Positions 19,171 to 29,411 of a stretch of DNA of 64,000 bases are shown in pieces. Position numbers and translations under genes: made by a program. This DNA is from an uncultured Nitrospinaceae bacterium (GTDB lineage Bacteria > UBA8248): positions 1-64,000 of the forward strand of contig CAXFSR010000023.1 in the NCBI GenBank assembly GCA_964005815.1, given 5' to 3'. Below the pieces are notes generated by a model, which did no database searches, had not been told where the DNA came from, and saw only the letters and a program-made list of their open reading frames with translations. Numbering within the stretch: position 1 is the stretch's first letter; each line of letters begins with the position of its first letter.

Positions 19171-19739
19171 ATAAACAGACAAAAGGGCATATTTTTGTTT
19201 TGTCTTCACCTTCAGGTGGTGGGAAATCCACACTTATTCAACATGCATTGACTTGCTTTCCAAGATTAATTCATTCTATTAGCGCAACATCACGTCTCCC
19301 AAGAGAAACTGAATCAGAAGGAATTCATTATTTTTTCCTATCTGAAGAAGAGTTTAAAAAAAAGATAAAATCGGGTGGATTCGCTGAGTGGGAAAAAGTT
19401 TTTGGGAATTTTTACGGAACTCCCATAGAAAATATAGAAAAAGAATTTTCAAAAGGCAATAACTTGATTATGGATTTAGATGTGCAGGGAGCGATGCAAT
19501 TAAAAAAGAATTTCCCAGAAGCTATATTAATTTTTATTTTGCCACCATCAATAAATGAATTAAAAAAAAGGCTAATTAGTCGGGGAACTGAGTCAGGTGA
19601 AGAAATAAATAAGCGTTTAGAAATTGCAAAAATTGAAATTGCACAAAAAAATAACTATGATTACATAGTTACAAACGAAAAAATTGAAGAAGCAACTAAG
19701 GAATTAATAGGAATAATAAAAAGAACAATTAATTCTTAA
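19167..19739 (+). CDS. gmk: Guanylate kinase
   Basis: SSPSGGGKST, SISATSR.PR, YYF-like HYFF, FYGT, DVQGA, IFILPPS. Confidence 0.96.
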   Translation: MNKQTKGHIFVLSSPSGGGKSTLIQHALTCFPRLIHSISATSRLPRETESEGIHYFFLSEEEFKKKIKSGGFAEWEKVFGNFYGTPIENIEKEFSKGNNLIMDLDVQGAMQLKKNFPEAILIFILPPSINELKKRLISRGTESGEEINKRLEIAKIEIAQKNNYDYIVTNEKIEEATKELIGIIKRTINS

Positions 19740-19751
19740 TAAGGATGGGTT

Positions 19752-20984
19752 TTGGAAAATACAAAAGAAAAGTCCCCTTTATTTAAAAAAAAGATAATCC
19801 TCGCAATATCCGGAGGAATTGCGGCTTATAAATCAATAGAACTTGCAAGACTTCTAACGCATGACGGCGCCGAAGTACAAACGGTTCTTACTCAAAATGC
19901 TCTCTCTTTTGTTCAACCACTTCCTTTTGAAGTTTTGACAGGCATTAGCCCTATAACAAAGCTTATGCCCATTGAAAAAAATTCTTCTTCAGGAAATATT
20001 CCTCATATAACATTAACGGAAAATGCAGATTTAATTATCATTGCTCCAGCAACTGCAAATTTAATTGGTAAATTTGCACAAGGAATTGGAGATGATTTCA
20101 TTTCAACCTTGCTTTTTTCTGCAAAAAATAAAGTTTTAATAGCTCCCGCCATGAACCCTAGAATGTGGTCAAGCAAACCTGTTCAAAAAAATATCGAGAC
20201 ACTAAAAAATAATGGTCATACAATAATGAATCCAGGGGATGGTCCAATGGCAAGTTCTGAGGAAGATAGTGGAATTGGAAGAATGCCCGAGCCTTTGGAA
20301 ATTCTTCATGCGACTCGAGAAATGCTAGGAAAAAAACAAGATTTAATAGGAAAAAGAATACTAGTTACTGCGGGTCCAACCCAAGAAAAGATAGACGCAG
20401 TTCGGTACTTATCTAATCGCTCTAGCGGAAAAATGGGATATAGCATAGCAAAGAATGCCTTTGATAGAGGTGCGGATGTTATCCTGATTTCTGGACCCGT
20501 CACAATCCCAAAATTGACTGGACCTAAAACTATACAAATTCAAACCGCCAAACAAATGCAAAATGCCATTTTTAAACATTGGTCTAATATAGATGTCGTA
20601 ATTATGGCCGCAGCTGTGTCTGATCATAAACCTTCAAATCCGAGCGAGGAAAAAAGTAAAAAAAATGGTACAGATTTATCTATTGAATTAGAAGAAACAG
20701 AAGATATTTTAAACAAAATGGGGGAAATGAAAGAAAAACAGATTTTAATCGGTTTCGCAGCCGAGACTTCTAATTTATTAGAAAATGCCAAAATGAAACT
20801 AAAAAATAAAAATTTAGATCTTATAGTTGCAAACGAAGTTTCTGGCCCTGACGATGCAATGGGTTCAGATGAATCTAGTGCAATTTTAATCGATTCTAAA
20901 GAACAAGAGCACAAATTAAAGAGAACAAAAAAAATACTTTTAACAGATAAAATTCTAGATCATTTAGTAAAATATTTATTATAA
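19752..20984 (+). CDS. coaBC: Bifunctional phosphopantothenoylcysteine decarboxylase/ligase
   Basis: SGGIAAYK, APATAN, PAMN, TAGPT.E.ID.VRYLSNRSSGKMG, AAAVSD, GFAAET. Confidence 0.96.
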   Translation: MENTKEKSPLFKKKIILAISGGIAAYKSIELARLLTHDGAEVQTVLTQNALSFVQPLPFEVLTGISPITKLMPIEKNSSSGNIPHITLTENADLIIIAPATANLIGKFAQGIGDDFISTLLFSAKNKVLIAPAMNPRMWSSKPVQKNIETLKNNGHTIMNPGDGPMASSEEDSGIGRMPEPLEILHATREMLGKKQDLIGKRILVTAGPTQEKIDAVRYLSNRSSGKMGYSIAKNAFDRGADVILISGPVTIPKLTGPKTIQIQTAKQMQNAIFKHWSNIDVVIMAAAVSDHKPSNPSEEKSKKNGTDLSIELEETEDILNKMGEMKEKQILIGFAAETSNLLENAKMKLKNKNLDLIVANEVSGPDDAMGSDESSAILIDSKEQEHKLKRTKKILLTDKILDHLVKYLL

Positions 20985-21006
20985 AATATTTTAAAAGGGC
21001 CTTTTT

Positions 21007-21777
21007 TTGAACCTAGAAAAAAAAGTTGCGGATTCTCTAATTGCTTACCTAGAAGATTTAAAATCCTTCAACGTAAATTTTATAGCCCTAAAGAATGAAA
21101 TAAATTCTAATAAAATTCAATTATCCAAAAAAGAAACAAAAGACATTAAAGGATTAGATATGAAAACTCCAAGCTTACCTTTCGATCCAGACGAAAAAAT
21201 GGAATTAGAAGAGCTTTCAAATGCAATTGAAAATTGTATGCGTTGTAAATTAGGAGGAAAAAGAAACCATTTAGTCTTTGGAAGCGGGAGCAAAAACGCT
21301 AAATTAGTAATTATTGGAGAAGCTCCTGGTGCAGAGGAAGATAAACAAGGAATCCCTTTTGTTGGCAGGGCAGGACAAATGCTGACAAAAATGATCGAAA
21401 ACGTCATTGAAGTTCCAAGACAAGAAGTGTTTATTTGCAATATTTTAAAATGTAGGCCCCCTGAAAACAGAAATCCAGAAGAAGACGAAATTTCATGTTG
21501 TGAACCATATTTAAAGAAACAACTAGAAATTATCAATCCTAAACTTATTCTGACTCTCGGGAAATTTGCATCTCAATGGTTGCTTCAATCTGACACACCT
21601 ATAAGTAAACTAAGAGGAAGATTTTCTTCGTATCATGGTATTCCATGCCTTCCTACTTTCCACCCTGCATATTTATTAAGAAATCCAAAACAGAAAAAAT
21701 TCGTACACGAAGATTTGTTAAAAGTGAAAGAGGTATACCACAGTAATGTAGTCCCAAAAATAGAATTAAATCTTTAG
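21007..21777 (+). CDS. Family 4 uracil-DNA glycosylase (4Fe-4S)
   Basis: CMRC, GEAPGAEED..G.PFVGRAG, KCRPPENR, TFHPAYLLR. Confidence 0.95.
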   Translation: MNLEKKVADSLIAYLEDLKSFNVNFIALKNEINSNKIQLSKKETKDIKGLDMKTPSLPFDPDEKMELEELSNAIENCMRCKLGGKRNHLVFGSGSKNAKLVIIGEAPGAEEDKQGIPFVGRAGQMLTKMIENVIEVPRQEVFICNILKCRPPENRNPEEDEISCCEPYLKKQLEIINPKLILTLGKFASQWLLQSDTPISKLRGRFSSYHGIPCLPTFHPAYLLRNPKQKKFVHEDLLKVKEVYHSNVVPKIELNL

Positions 21778-21790
21778 GAATGAAGATTTT

Positions 21791-23266
21791 CTATTTTTTC
21801 TTTTTTTTCACGGGCATAGCAGGATCTGATGATCTATGCCCAAATTCCGAAACTAAGTTTTTGCTTTGAATTTCTTCTTTTCGAAAGCCAGTTAAAATAT
21901 TTTTTTTAATATTCATTCTGTTCTTCACTTCCTCTTCAAAGCCCCTATCCGTTGGATGATAAAACTGAAGAAAATTTATTTCTTCAGGAAGCCCTTCCAT
22001 ATCAACAAATGAAGAAACAGATGAATGTGCATGTTCGTAACCTTTTCCAAATCCGATCTCTTTGAGAAAATTCGTAGGAGCATTCCTAAGATGAAGAGGA
22101 ACAGGTTTTGATGGGTATTTTTGTATTGCTTCCTGTACATTTAAATATGCTTTATATACCGAATCGCTCTTTGGAGCCTGCGCAAGATAAATAGTTGCTT
22201 GAGCAATAGCCAATTTCCCTTCAGGAAGTCCTATAAACTCAAAAGCTCTCTGTGCAGAAATCGCAATATGCAATGCATTTGGATCGGCCATACCCACATC
22301 TTCAGAAGCAAATCGAACAAGCCTTCTCAAGATATACATAGGATCTTCTCCAGCCTCTATCATTCTTCCCAGCCAATATAATGCTGCATCAGGATTTGAA
22401 GACCGTAAAGTTTTATGAAACGCACTTATTAAATTATAATGTTCATCGCCAGACTTATCATGAAGTAAAGTTTTTTGTTGAATAGCTTCTGAAATCTGAT
22501 CTGCTGTAAGTTTCATAACTATTTTTTTATCTCTTTTTGGATTGGATTCATATAAAACAAAATTAGAAACTAATTCAAGTATATTCAAAGATGCTCTTGC
22601 ATCACCGTTTGAGAAATTGGCTATATTCTCAAAAAATTTATCCTCTACTTCAAAATTCCATTCGCCTAACCCACAAGCTCTATTTATTAAAGCTCTTTTA
22701 AGAACGTCAATAATATCTTGTTCTTCTAATTGTTTTAAAATGAAAACCTGAGACCGAGACAGAAGAGGAGAAATTACCTCGAACGATGGATTCTCTGTTG
22801 TAGCGCCAATCAAAATAATTGTACCGTCCTCAACAGATGGGAGAAGTGCATCCTGCTGAGCTTTATTATATCGATGAATTTCATCTATAAATAAAATACA
22901 GCGTGTTCCACTTTTTTTTAGCTTTTCTGCATCTGACAACGCTGTTCGTAATTCTTTAAGTCCATGCAAAACAGCACTTATTTCAATAAAAAGAGAGTTT
23001 GTTTTTTTTGCAATAATTCGCGCAATTGTAGTTTTACCCGTACCTGGCGGTCCCCATAATATCAAACTGCTATAATTATCGTTCTCAATTTCATTACGTA
23101 AAATTTTTCCTTTCCCCAATAAATGTTCTTGACCAACAATCTCTTCTAAATTTTCAGGTCGCATTTTTTCAGCTAAAGGAGTTAAGTAACTCTCATTTAA
23201 CGTTCTTTTTTCTGAAAAATTAGAATCGTTTTTTTTCTTTCTTGGGGGGTCAAATAATTCATCCAT
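21791..23266 (-). CDS. rarA: Replication-associated recombination protein A
   Basis: PLAEKMRP, WGPPGTGKTT, FIDEIHR, ATTENPSF, ISAFHK.LR.S, ASEDVG.ADP. Confidence 0.96.
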   Translation of the reverse strand: MDELFDPPRKKKNDSNFSEKRTLNESYLTPLAEKMRPENLEEIVGQEHLLGKGKILRNEIENDNYSSLILWGPPGTGKTTIARIIAKKTNSLFIEISAVLHGLKELRTALSDAEKLKKSGTRCILFIDEIHRYNKAQQDALLPSVEDGTIILIGATTENPSFEVISPLLSRSQVFILKQLEEQDIIDVLKRALINRACGLGEWNFEVEDKFFENIANFSNGDARASLNILELVSNFVLYESNPKRDKKIVMKLTADQISEAIQQKTLLHDKSGDEHYNLISAFHKTLRSSNPDAALYWLGRMIEAGEDPMYILRRLVRFASEDVGMADPNALHIAISAQRAFEFIGLPEGKLAIAQATIYLAQAPKSDSVYKAYLNVQEAIQKYPSKPVPLHLRNAPTNFLKEIGFGKGYEHAHSSVSSFVDMEGLPEEINFLQFYHPTDRGFEEEVKNRMNIKKNILTGFRKEEIQSKNLVSEFGHRSSDPAMPVKKKKK

Positions 23267-23408
23267 CTATTTTTCCTAAAAAAACTCTTTTTAAAAATTT
23301 GGATTAACCTTTACTAAATTTTACACCATTATAGAATGAATGTTCTTTTTTTTTGAATTACTTAAGTTTTTTAAATTTTCAAAACTTACATTAAAGGATC
23401 GGAATCGA

Positions 23409-23906
23409 ATGGATAATATTTTAGTCGGGATTCTAATGGGTAGCGAGAGCGATGCTGAAGTTATGTTAAAGGGGAAAGAAATTCTGGATGAATTAGAAAT
23501 CGGTTCAGAAGTAAGAATCTTATCTGCACACCGAACTCCTCAAGAATTACATGAATATGTTGAAAAAGCACCAAAAAGGGGTGTGAAAATTTTTATTGCG
23601 GGTGCTGGAATGTCTGCTCATTTAGCTGGAGTAGTAGGAGCATCAACTAATTTGCCAGTAATTGGAGTACCTATAAACAGCTCATCTTTAGGTGGGGTAG
23701 ACGCACTTCTTTCTACAATTCAAATGCCTCCTGGAATTCCTGTTGCAACAATGGGAATTGGTTCTCCAGGTGCTAGAAACGCTGCTCTTTTTGCAGCTAG
23801 AATTTTAGCTTTAGAAAATTCAAAAATTTCAGAAAATTATAATATTTTTGTAGAAAAACAAAAACAAAGAGTTTTAGACTCAGATCGCTCTATACAAAAC
23901 AAATAA
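23409..23906 (+). CDS. purE: N5-CAIR mutase
   Basis: MGSESD, SAHRTP, AGAGMSAHLAG, QMPPGIPVAT; start taken at ATG23409. Confidence 0.95.
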   Translation: MDNILVGILMGSESDAEVMLKGKEILDELEIGSEVRILSAHRTPQELHEYVEKAPKRGVKIFIAGAGMSAHLAGVVGASTNLPVIGVPINSSSLGGVDALLSTIQMPPGIPVATMGIGSPGARNAALFAARILALENSKISENYNIFVEKQKQRVLDSDRSIQNK

Positions 23907-23918
23907 AAAAAAATTATC

Positions 23919-24539
23919 ATGCGCGAAATTATTAAAGTTTCTAAAAATAATCCAGATCAAAAAATTATAGAAAAGACCTCAGAACTTTTAAAGGCAGGTA
24001 AAATTGTTGTACTTCCAACCGACACTGTTTATGGTCTTTGTATTAAAGCAGAAATCGAAAATTCAATAGAAAAACTCTCTGAAATTAAAGGGAGACCTCC
24101 AAAAAAAGGCGTCCCCTTAATTATCGGAAAAATCGATCAGCTTTTTGATTATACAAATCAAATTTCTGCAAAAAAATTAGAATTTCTTAAATGTTTTTGG
24201 CCTGGTCCAGTAACTTTCGTTTTTGAAAGAAAAAAAAATTTCAAACCTATAGAAGATGGAATTGCTATCAGATTTCCAGAACAAAAATTATGCAGAAAAA
24301 TTGCAGAACATGCGGGGCCATTTTTAGCAACCAGTGCGAATAAAACAGGTGAGCCAATATTAGACAATATCAAAGAAATTTCCTTACAATTAAGAAATGT
24401 TCAGTTTTTCCTTGACGCTGGCACGACAAAAGAGAACATAGCCTCCACAATTGTAAGTTTACAAAAAGACTCTCCTAAGCTGATTAGGGAGGGAAAAGTT
24501 CCTTTTAAAAAAATTGTCCAATCCTGGAATAAAATATAA
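23919..24539 (+). CDS. tsaC: L-threonylcarbamoyladenylate synthase (Sua5/YrdC)
   Basis: PTDTVYGL, KGRP, FWPGPVT, TSAN, STIV, REG. Confidence 0.93.
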   Translation: MREIIKVSKNNPDQKIIEKTSELLKAGKIVVLPTDTVYGLCIKAEIENSIEKLSEIKGRPPKKGVPLIIGKIDQLFDYTNQISAKKLEFLKCFWPGPVTFVFERKKNFKPIEDGIAIRFPEQKLCRKIAEHAGPFLATSANKTGEPILDNIKEISLQLRNVQFFLDAGTTKENIASTIVSLQKDSPKLIREGKVPFKKIVQSWNKI

Positions 24540-24545
24540 GATTAT

Positions 24546-24851
24546 TTACTCGGGGTCAGGAAGATTCAAAACAATATCACCATCTTCTTCAACAAAACAT
24601 TGGCAAGCTAACCTGTATTCGTCAGCGTTCCATCCATAAGCTTCTAAAATATCTCTCTCTTCCTCTTCTTGATCAGACAGATTTTCACTACCAGAAATGA
24701 CTACAATTTTACATGTGGAACAAGCACAATTACCTCCACAATCATTAGTATGATCAACATCATTTTCTAAATTCAGATCAAGAATTGAATTTCCTTCTTC
24801 CGCTTTATAAACAATATCTAAGTTTTCAATTCGAATTTCTCCCACTCCCAC
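24546..24851 (-). CDS. 2Fe-2S ferredoxin (adrenodoxin/ISC-like)
   Basis: CGGNCACSTC...RLACQ. Confidence 0.92.
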   Translation of the reverse strand: MGVGEIRIENLDIVYKAEEGNSILDLNLENDVDHTNDCGGNCACSTCKIVVISGSENLSDQEEEERDILEAYGWNADEYRLACQCFVEEDGDIVLNLPDPE

Positions 24852-24934
24852 TCTCCTTTATAAAAACAGGACTCATTAAATTTATTTATATCTACATAAG
24901 TCAACTAATGAAATCAAATGAAAAAAAAATTTTT

Positions 24935-25663
24935 CTATAAGTTTCCTTCTGGAGGAAGTATTTCAAGAGTTTCTGTCCAAGCTAATGAAGATTGTAATAA
25001 TAAATATTCCATTGATTCGGCTACTTTTTCAGGGGTTAACATTTTAGAGAAATCAAATTCTCCTGGTATAGACTTCCATAAAGGAGTTTCAGTCGCTCCA
25101 GGTCTTAAAACGCAAACCTTTATGCCCTTAGGACGACATTCTTCAACCATAGCCCTAGACATACCCTCTAGTCCGGCTTTAGCCGCACAATAAGCAGAAG
25201 AGCCGGGAAAACCGGTAACTGCGCAAATCGAAGAAACGTTAATGATTTTACCTTTTGTTTTTTCCAACATTGGCATGAAAGCCTTTGATAAAAGAAAAGG
25301 AGCTTTTAAACAAACAGATATGACAGAATCAAACTTTTCGAGAGATAAGTTTTGCATTTCATCTACAAAAATAGCACCTGCATTATTAATTAATGTGTCT
25401 ACTTTATCTAATCTTTTTTTTGCAATCTCAGATAAACTTTGTATTTCTTCAGGACTGGTGACATCACAGATATGAGGAAATACTTTTCCTTTGAATTTTT
25501 TTGAATCAAATCCTAGCTGAGTAAGTCTTTTTTCATCACGTCCAACAGCCAAAACTCTAGCTCCAGATCTTACAAAGCGTAATGTTGCAGCCCTGCCTAT
25601 ACCGCTTGAAGCGCCTGTTATAACAATTCTTCGATCTGCTAAAGAATTAGTATTGCCCTCCAA
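24935..25663 (-). CDS. SDR oxidoreductase, probable bacterial sepiapterin reductase
   Basis: TGASSGIG, NNAG, YCAAK, PGATETPLW, C-terminal ILPPEGNL; directly downstream of a PTPS-II gene. Confidence 0.75.
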   Translation of the reverse strand: MEGNTNSLADRRIVITGASSGIGRAATLRFVRSGARVLAVGRDEKRLTQLGFDSKKFKGKVFPHICDVTSPEEIQSLSEIAKKRLDKVDTLINNAGAIFVDEMQNLSLEKFDSVISVCLKAPFLLSKAFMPMLEKTKGKIINVSSICAVTGFPGSSAYCAAKAGLEGMSRAMVEECRPKGIKVCVLRPGATETPLWKSIPGEFDFSKMLTPEKVAESMEYLLLQSSLAWTETLEILPPEGNL

Positions 25664-25666
25664 AGT

Positions 25667-26077
25667 CTATCCTCCATTATAATCAACAAAATTACGTTGA
25701 TTTTCATATAACCGAACGTTAAAAAGAAAATTTTCTGGAATATGTTGAATTAATGCTTCCCAAATTGAAATCGCTATATTCTCTGCAGTAGGAATACGTT
25801 TTTTCATAAAAGAATCTACGTCAATATTTAAATTCTTATGATCTAAAACTTCTATAACATGATCTCTCATTATTTGTTTTAATTCAGCTAAGTTAAAAGC
25901 CATTCCATTCTCTTCGTTAACAGGAGCCTTAAGTGTAACCTCTACAATATAATTATGCCCGTGATAATTTTCATGTGCACATTTCCCATATGTATTAATG
26001 TTTTTTTCATCGCTCCAATCTTCTCTATATAATCTATGTGCAGCTGAAAATTCTTCCTGTCTTGTGATATGTATCAT
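25667..26077 (-). CDS. 6-pyruvoyl-tetrahydropterin synthase (PTPS-II type, CX5HGH)
   Basis: FSAAHRL, YGKCAHENYHGHNY, LDHKNLN, PTAENIA, LYE. Confidence 0.88.
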   Translation of the reverse strand: MIHITRQEEFSAAHRLYREDWSDEKNINTYGKCAHENYHGHNYIVEVTLKAPVNEENGMAFNLAELKQIMRDHVIEVLDHKNLNIDVDSFMKKRIPTAENIAISIWEALIQHIPENFLFNVRLYENQRNFVDYNGG

Positions 26078-26308
26078 ATTTTTCCTAAGATTATTTAAAA
26101 GAACTAAAGAACCAAAAGATGATTGTACTAAAAAATCAACTTTCTAAAAATATTAAGGGTACCCTTTTTTTAAAGTGTTTTTAATTTAATGTTTTTTCTC
26201 TAAATTTATAATTTCTTTTAGTCTTGTTAGTGAATAATGATTTTGATACGCTCATTTTTATATTCTAGCACCTCACTTAATTTGAAATTACGCAAGGAGA
26301 ATCCTAAT

Positions 26309-27187
26309 ATGCCTAAAATACAAAAAGAATCTGCCCCTTCAAAAAAAAGCGGGTTTGTTAAAATACAGGATGGTATTCATGTTTATGTTGGAGGAAGTGG
26401 TTCTACTAATTTTGGTTTAATATTAACCAAAGAAAAGCCTGTAGTTATAGACAATGATATTCGATGCAGAAAAGAATTCACTACTGGAATGAAAAAAATT
26501 ACAAGGAAACAACCTGGTATTCTTTTTAATACACACCATAATTTTGATCATACATCAGACAATGGGTATTACCATAAAATGGGTGTCATGTCTTTTGGAA
26601 ATTCATTTGCTGTAGAAGAAATGTATCGAGAAGAAAGTGAAGGAATTTGGGTAAATCAAATGGTTGGCAGAGGCCCAAAAGTAGATCATCTACTCAAAAC
26701 TTTAAAAGTAGACCCTCCAAAAGTAATTTTTGAAAATTTATTGACTGTTGAATATGGTGGTCGGATTTTTCAACTTATTTATATTGATCATTGTCATACA
26801 AAGGGTGATTCTGTCATATGGATGCCTAAAGAAAAAGTTTTGTTTGCAGGAGATCTTCTTACCTACAAAACCCATCCTGTCAATCGACTTGGGAATTTTC
26901 ATAATTGGATATCTGCTTTTAAAATTTTAGAAGAATTCCCCGCTAAGCATATTATTCCTGGACATGGACCAATGCCTCCAACAGGGAAAAAAATAATTCA
27001 AGATAATAAAAAAATGTTTTTAAAGCTAAAAAATGAAACCAGCCGAGCTTTAAAAAAATATGGAACTCCAGTTAAGGCTGCAGAGAATGTATACCTGAAA
27101 GAATACGAAAAATGGTTTAGATATCCTCTTGTACAAGCAAACGCACATAAAATGGCACAGGAAATCAAAAGAACAAAAAAGAAATAG
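26309..27187 (+). CDS. MBL-fold metallo-hydrolase (cyclase-like)
   Basis: NTHHNFDH, HTKGD, LFAGD, PGHG; AAGGAG SD before ATG26309. Confidence 0.88.
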   Translation: MPKIQKESAPSKKSGFVKIQDGIHVYVGGSGSTNFGLILTKEKPVVIDNDIRCRKEFTTGMKKITRKQPGILFNTHHNFDHTSDNGYYHKMGVMSFGNSFAVEEMYREESEGIWVNQMVGRGPKVDHLLKTLKVDPPKVIFENLLTVEYGGRIFQLIYIDHCHTKGDSVIWMPKEKVLFAGDLLTYKTHPVNRLGNFHNWISAFKILEEFPAKHIIPGHGPMPPTGKKIIQDNKKMFLKLKNETSRALKKYGTPVKAAENVYLKEYEKWFRYPLVQANAHKMAQEIKRTKKK

Positions 27188-27199
27188 TTTTTTGAAATT

Positions 27200-28444
27200 T
27201 TAGGAATAAAATATTTTTCTTTTGGCAAGAATGGCACATGATGTAACCGTGCAAACAGACAATATTTTGAATATCAAAACCAGTGAAAATGCATAGAAGT
27301 AAGTGCCGCTTACGTCAAAAATATATCCTGCCAACCATGGTCCAGCTGCAGAAGCAAGACCAGAACCCATCTGACTAAATCCAAGGATACGACCAAAACT
27401 CTTCCCCGGGAAGATTTTCGCTTTTAAAGAAACAAACATAATAGATCGCGCTCCTTCGCCTAAACCATAAAATAAAACATAAAAATAGGGCAACTTACTA
27501 TTTTCTGCAGAAAAATTCATAAGCAAAACAACTCCAATAAATCCTAAAACACCAAAGGTGATATAAGAGGAAACCAAACCTACTCTATCTCCTATCCAAC
27601 CTCCAAGAATTCCCCCAACAGACCGAACAAGTGCCAAGGCCCCTATTAAAGAAGCAGCTGTTATGGTGTCTATCCCAACATCAACCATATGTGCTATTTG
27701 ATGAACTCCAACAGTACTGAATCCAATGCCATGAAAAATACCTGCTAAGCAAAACAGCCAAAAAACAGGTTCTCTAAATGCTTTTCGTAAAGTCCAGTCT
27801 GTAGAATTCTCTTTAGAAAAATCTTTTGCTTCTACTTGCCTAGAAGATCGATGAAAAATTAAGTTAAGCGGAAAGACAAAGAAAAAAACAATAGCTGCCA
27901 ATATTAAGTAAGTGGATCTCCAACCATACAAACTAATTAAAAATGCAGCGAAAGGTACCATCAAAACACTTCCACAACTTCTTCCCGACAAAGCAATTCC
28001 CATGGCAGTTGATCTGCGCTTTAAAAACCAAGAACTAATTACGGTACTGGTAGGAATAAACCCAATAAGTGTAATTCCTAATGCCACAAAAAAACCATAG
28101 AAAAAATATAGCTTTGGAAGTGAGTTTATTTGTGTCATCAGGACAAGGCTTAAACACAACACACAGATACCGGAAGGAATAACTATTCTTGGACCCCATC
28201 TATCCACCATTGCACCAATGAAACCTGCTGAAAGAGCAAATGTAATCATCGACACAGAAAAACCAAAAGCAGCGTCGGCTCTTGACCACTGGAATTCTTC
28301 TAGAAACGCAACATAAAAAACTGGAAAGGTTGCCACTATAGAACCTGCAATTGCCATAGTAGTAAAGGACAAACCTACAATCATCCATCCATAATAACGA
28401 TAATTATTCTCACCCACATCTGAGGAAAAAGCAAAATTTTTCAC
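27200..28444 (-). CDS. MFS transporter (OFA/MCT-like)
   Basis: YYGWMIV, F.WSR, G.MVDRWGPR, WFLKRR.TAMG, GWIGDRVG. Confidence 0.9.
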   Translation of the reverse strand: MKNFAFSSDVGENNYRYYGWMIVGLSFTTMAIAGSIVATFPVFYVAFLEEFQWSRADAAFGFSVSMITFALSAGFIGAMVDRWGPRIVIPSGICVLCLSLVLMTQINSLPKLYFFYGFFVALGITLIGFIPTSTVISSWFLKRRSTAMGIALSGRSCGSVLMVPFAAFLISLYGWRSTYLILAAIVFFFVFPLNLIFHRSSRQVEAKDFSKENSTDWTLRKAFREPVFWLFCLAGIFHGIGFSTVGVHQIAHMVDVGIDTITAASLIGALALVRSVGGILGGWIGDRVGLVSSYITFGVLGFIGVVLLMNFSAENSKLPYFYVLFYGLGEGARSIMFVSLKAKIFPGKSFGRILGFSQMGSGLASAAGPWLAGYIFDVSGTYFYAFSLVLIFKILSVCTVTSCAILAKRKIFYS

Positions 28445-28582
28445 AAACTATAGCCCATTTCTTTTTTTGGTTTTCAATTAAAATTTTTAGTCCTATGATA
28501 AAATTAATTATGCTTTATAAATTGTAAACAAAAAAGCTAAATTATTGGCTTAAACAAATATGAACAAACAAAATAATATCAG

Positions 28583-29047
28583 ATGAAAAAATATAAAAAC
28601 AAAAATTACATTTTCTGGATTTTTTTTATTTCGTTTTCTATATCGTTTGTTATTCTTCTATTTTATGCGAAATCAATTTTTCTTAAGAATGCAGATGTAA
28701 AAGCAGTTCTTATCAAATCTGTTCAAGAGTTAAAGAGTAAATCAAAAGAAGAAACAATAAAAAGAATCTCCGAAATAATTGTTAAATTGTATAGCGATTC
28801 AAAACATGTAAGCAGAATAAATATAAGTAGTAAAATTGACAAAAATGGCATTCCGAACTTTGACTTTATATTACCCTGGAGCGAAGTGAGTGAAAAAAAA
28901 ATAAAAAAAAGAATTTTTCTAACAAAAAATTTAATTAAATCAATGTTTGAAGAATCTGATTATAAAAAAACGAAATTTAAAATAAATGTGTATAAGTTAA
29001 AGAAGAATTTTATTGATAAAGATCTACTCTATAAACTTACTTATTGA
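28583..29047 (+). CDS. Hypothetical protein with N-terminal membrane anchor
   Basis: 154-aa ORF filling the gap, one TM near the N-terminus; no family recognised. Confidence 0.55.
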   Translation: MKKYKNKNYIFWIFFISFSISFVILLFYAKSIFLKNADVKAVLIKSVQELKSKSKEETIKRISEIIVKLYSDSKHVSRINISSKIDKNGIPNFDFILPWSEVSEKKIKKRIFLTKNLIKSMFEESDYKKTKFKINVYKLKKNFIDKDLLYKLTY

Positions 29048-29084
29048 GCAAATTTTGAGCAATTTTTGAAATTTTCGATAAAAA

Positions 29085-29114
29085 TAAGGCGGACAAGTAG
29101 ATTAATCCGCCTTA
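29085..29114. terminator. Intrinsic terminator between convergent genes (U-tail on the csp strand)
   Basis: TAAGGCGGA...TCCGCCTTA 9-bp stem; A-run on the + strand side gives a U-tail on the minus strand. Confidence 0.75.
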
Positions 29115-29141
29115 AATTGAAGATTTTGATTAAAAAAGGTC

Positions 29142-29411
29142 TTACTCTTCTTCGGACTCCCCAGAGTCATCTCCTAAATCTGAATCTACAGAAGGAGCTG
29201 GTGAAGAACCTCCGGTTTTCGTTACATTTGCAGCCTGTAGTCCTTTTGGACCCTGTTGAATTTCAAAATCAACAGATTCGCCTTCTTGCAAGGACTTAAA
29301 CCCATCAGACTGGATGGCAGAAAAATGGACAAATACATCATCTCCGCCTTCTTGAGAAATAAAACCATAACCTTTTGCATCATTAAACCACTTAACTGTA
29401 CCTGCTGGCAT
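29142..29411 (-). CDS. Cold-shock protein with acidic C-terminal tail
   Basis: [48 protein letters not shown] favours ATG29411. Confidence 0.95.
   Translation of the reverse strand: MPAGTVKWFNDAKGYGFISQEGGDDVFVHFSAIQSDGFKSLQEGESVDFEIQQGPKGLQAANVTKTGGSSPAPSVDSDLGDDSGESEEE

Noticed and set aside
26155..26166. 12-bp palindrome AAGGGTACCCTT in a divergent intergenic region
   Set aside because: Single short copy with no associated regulator; insufficient support
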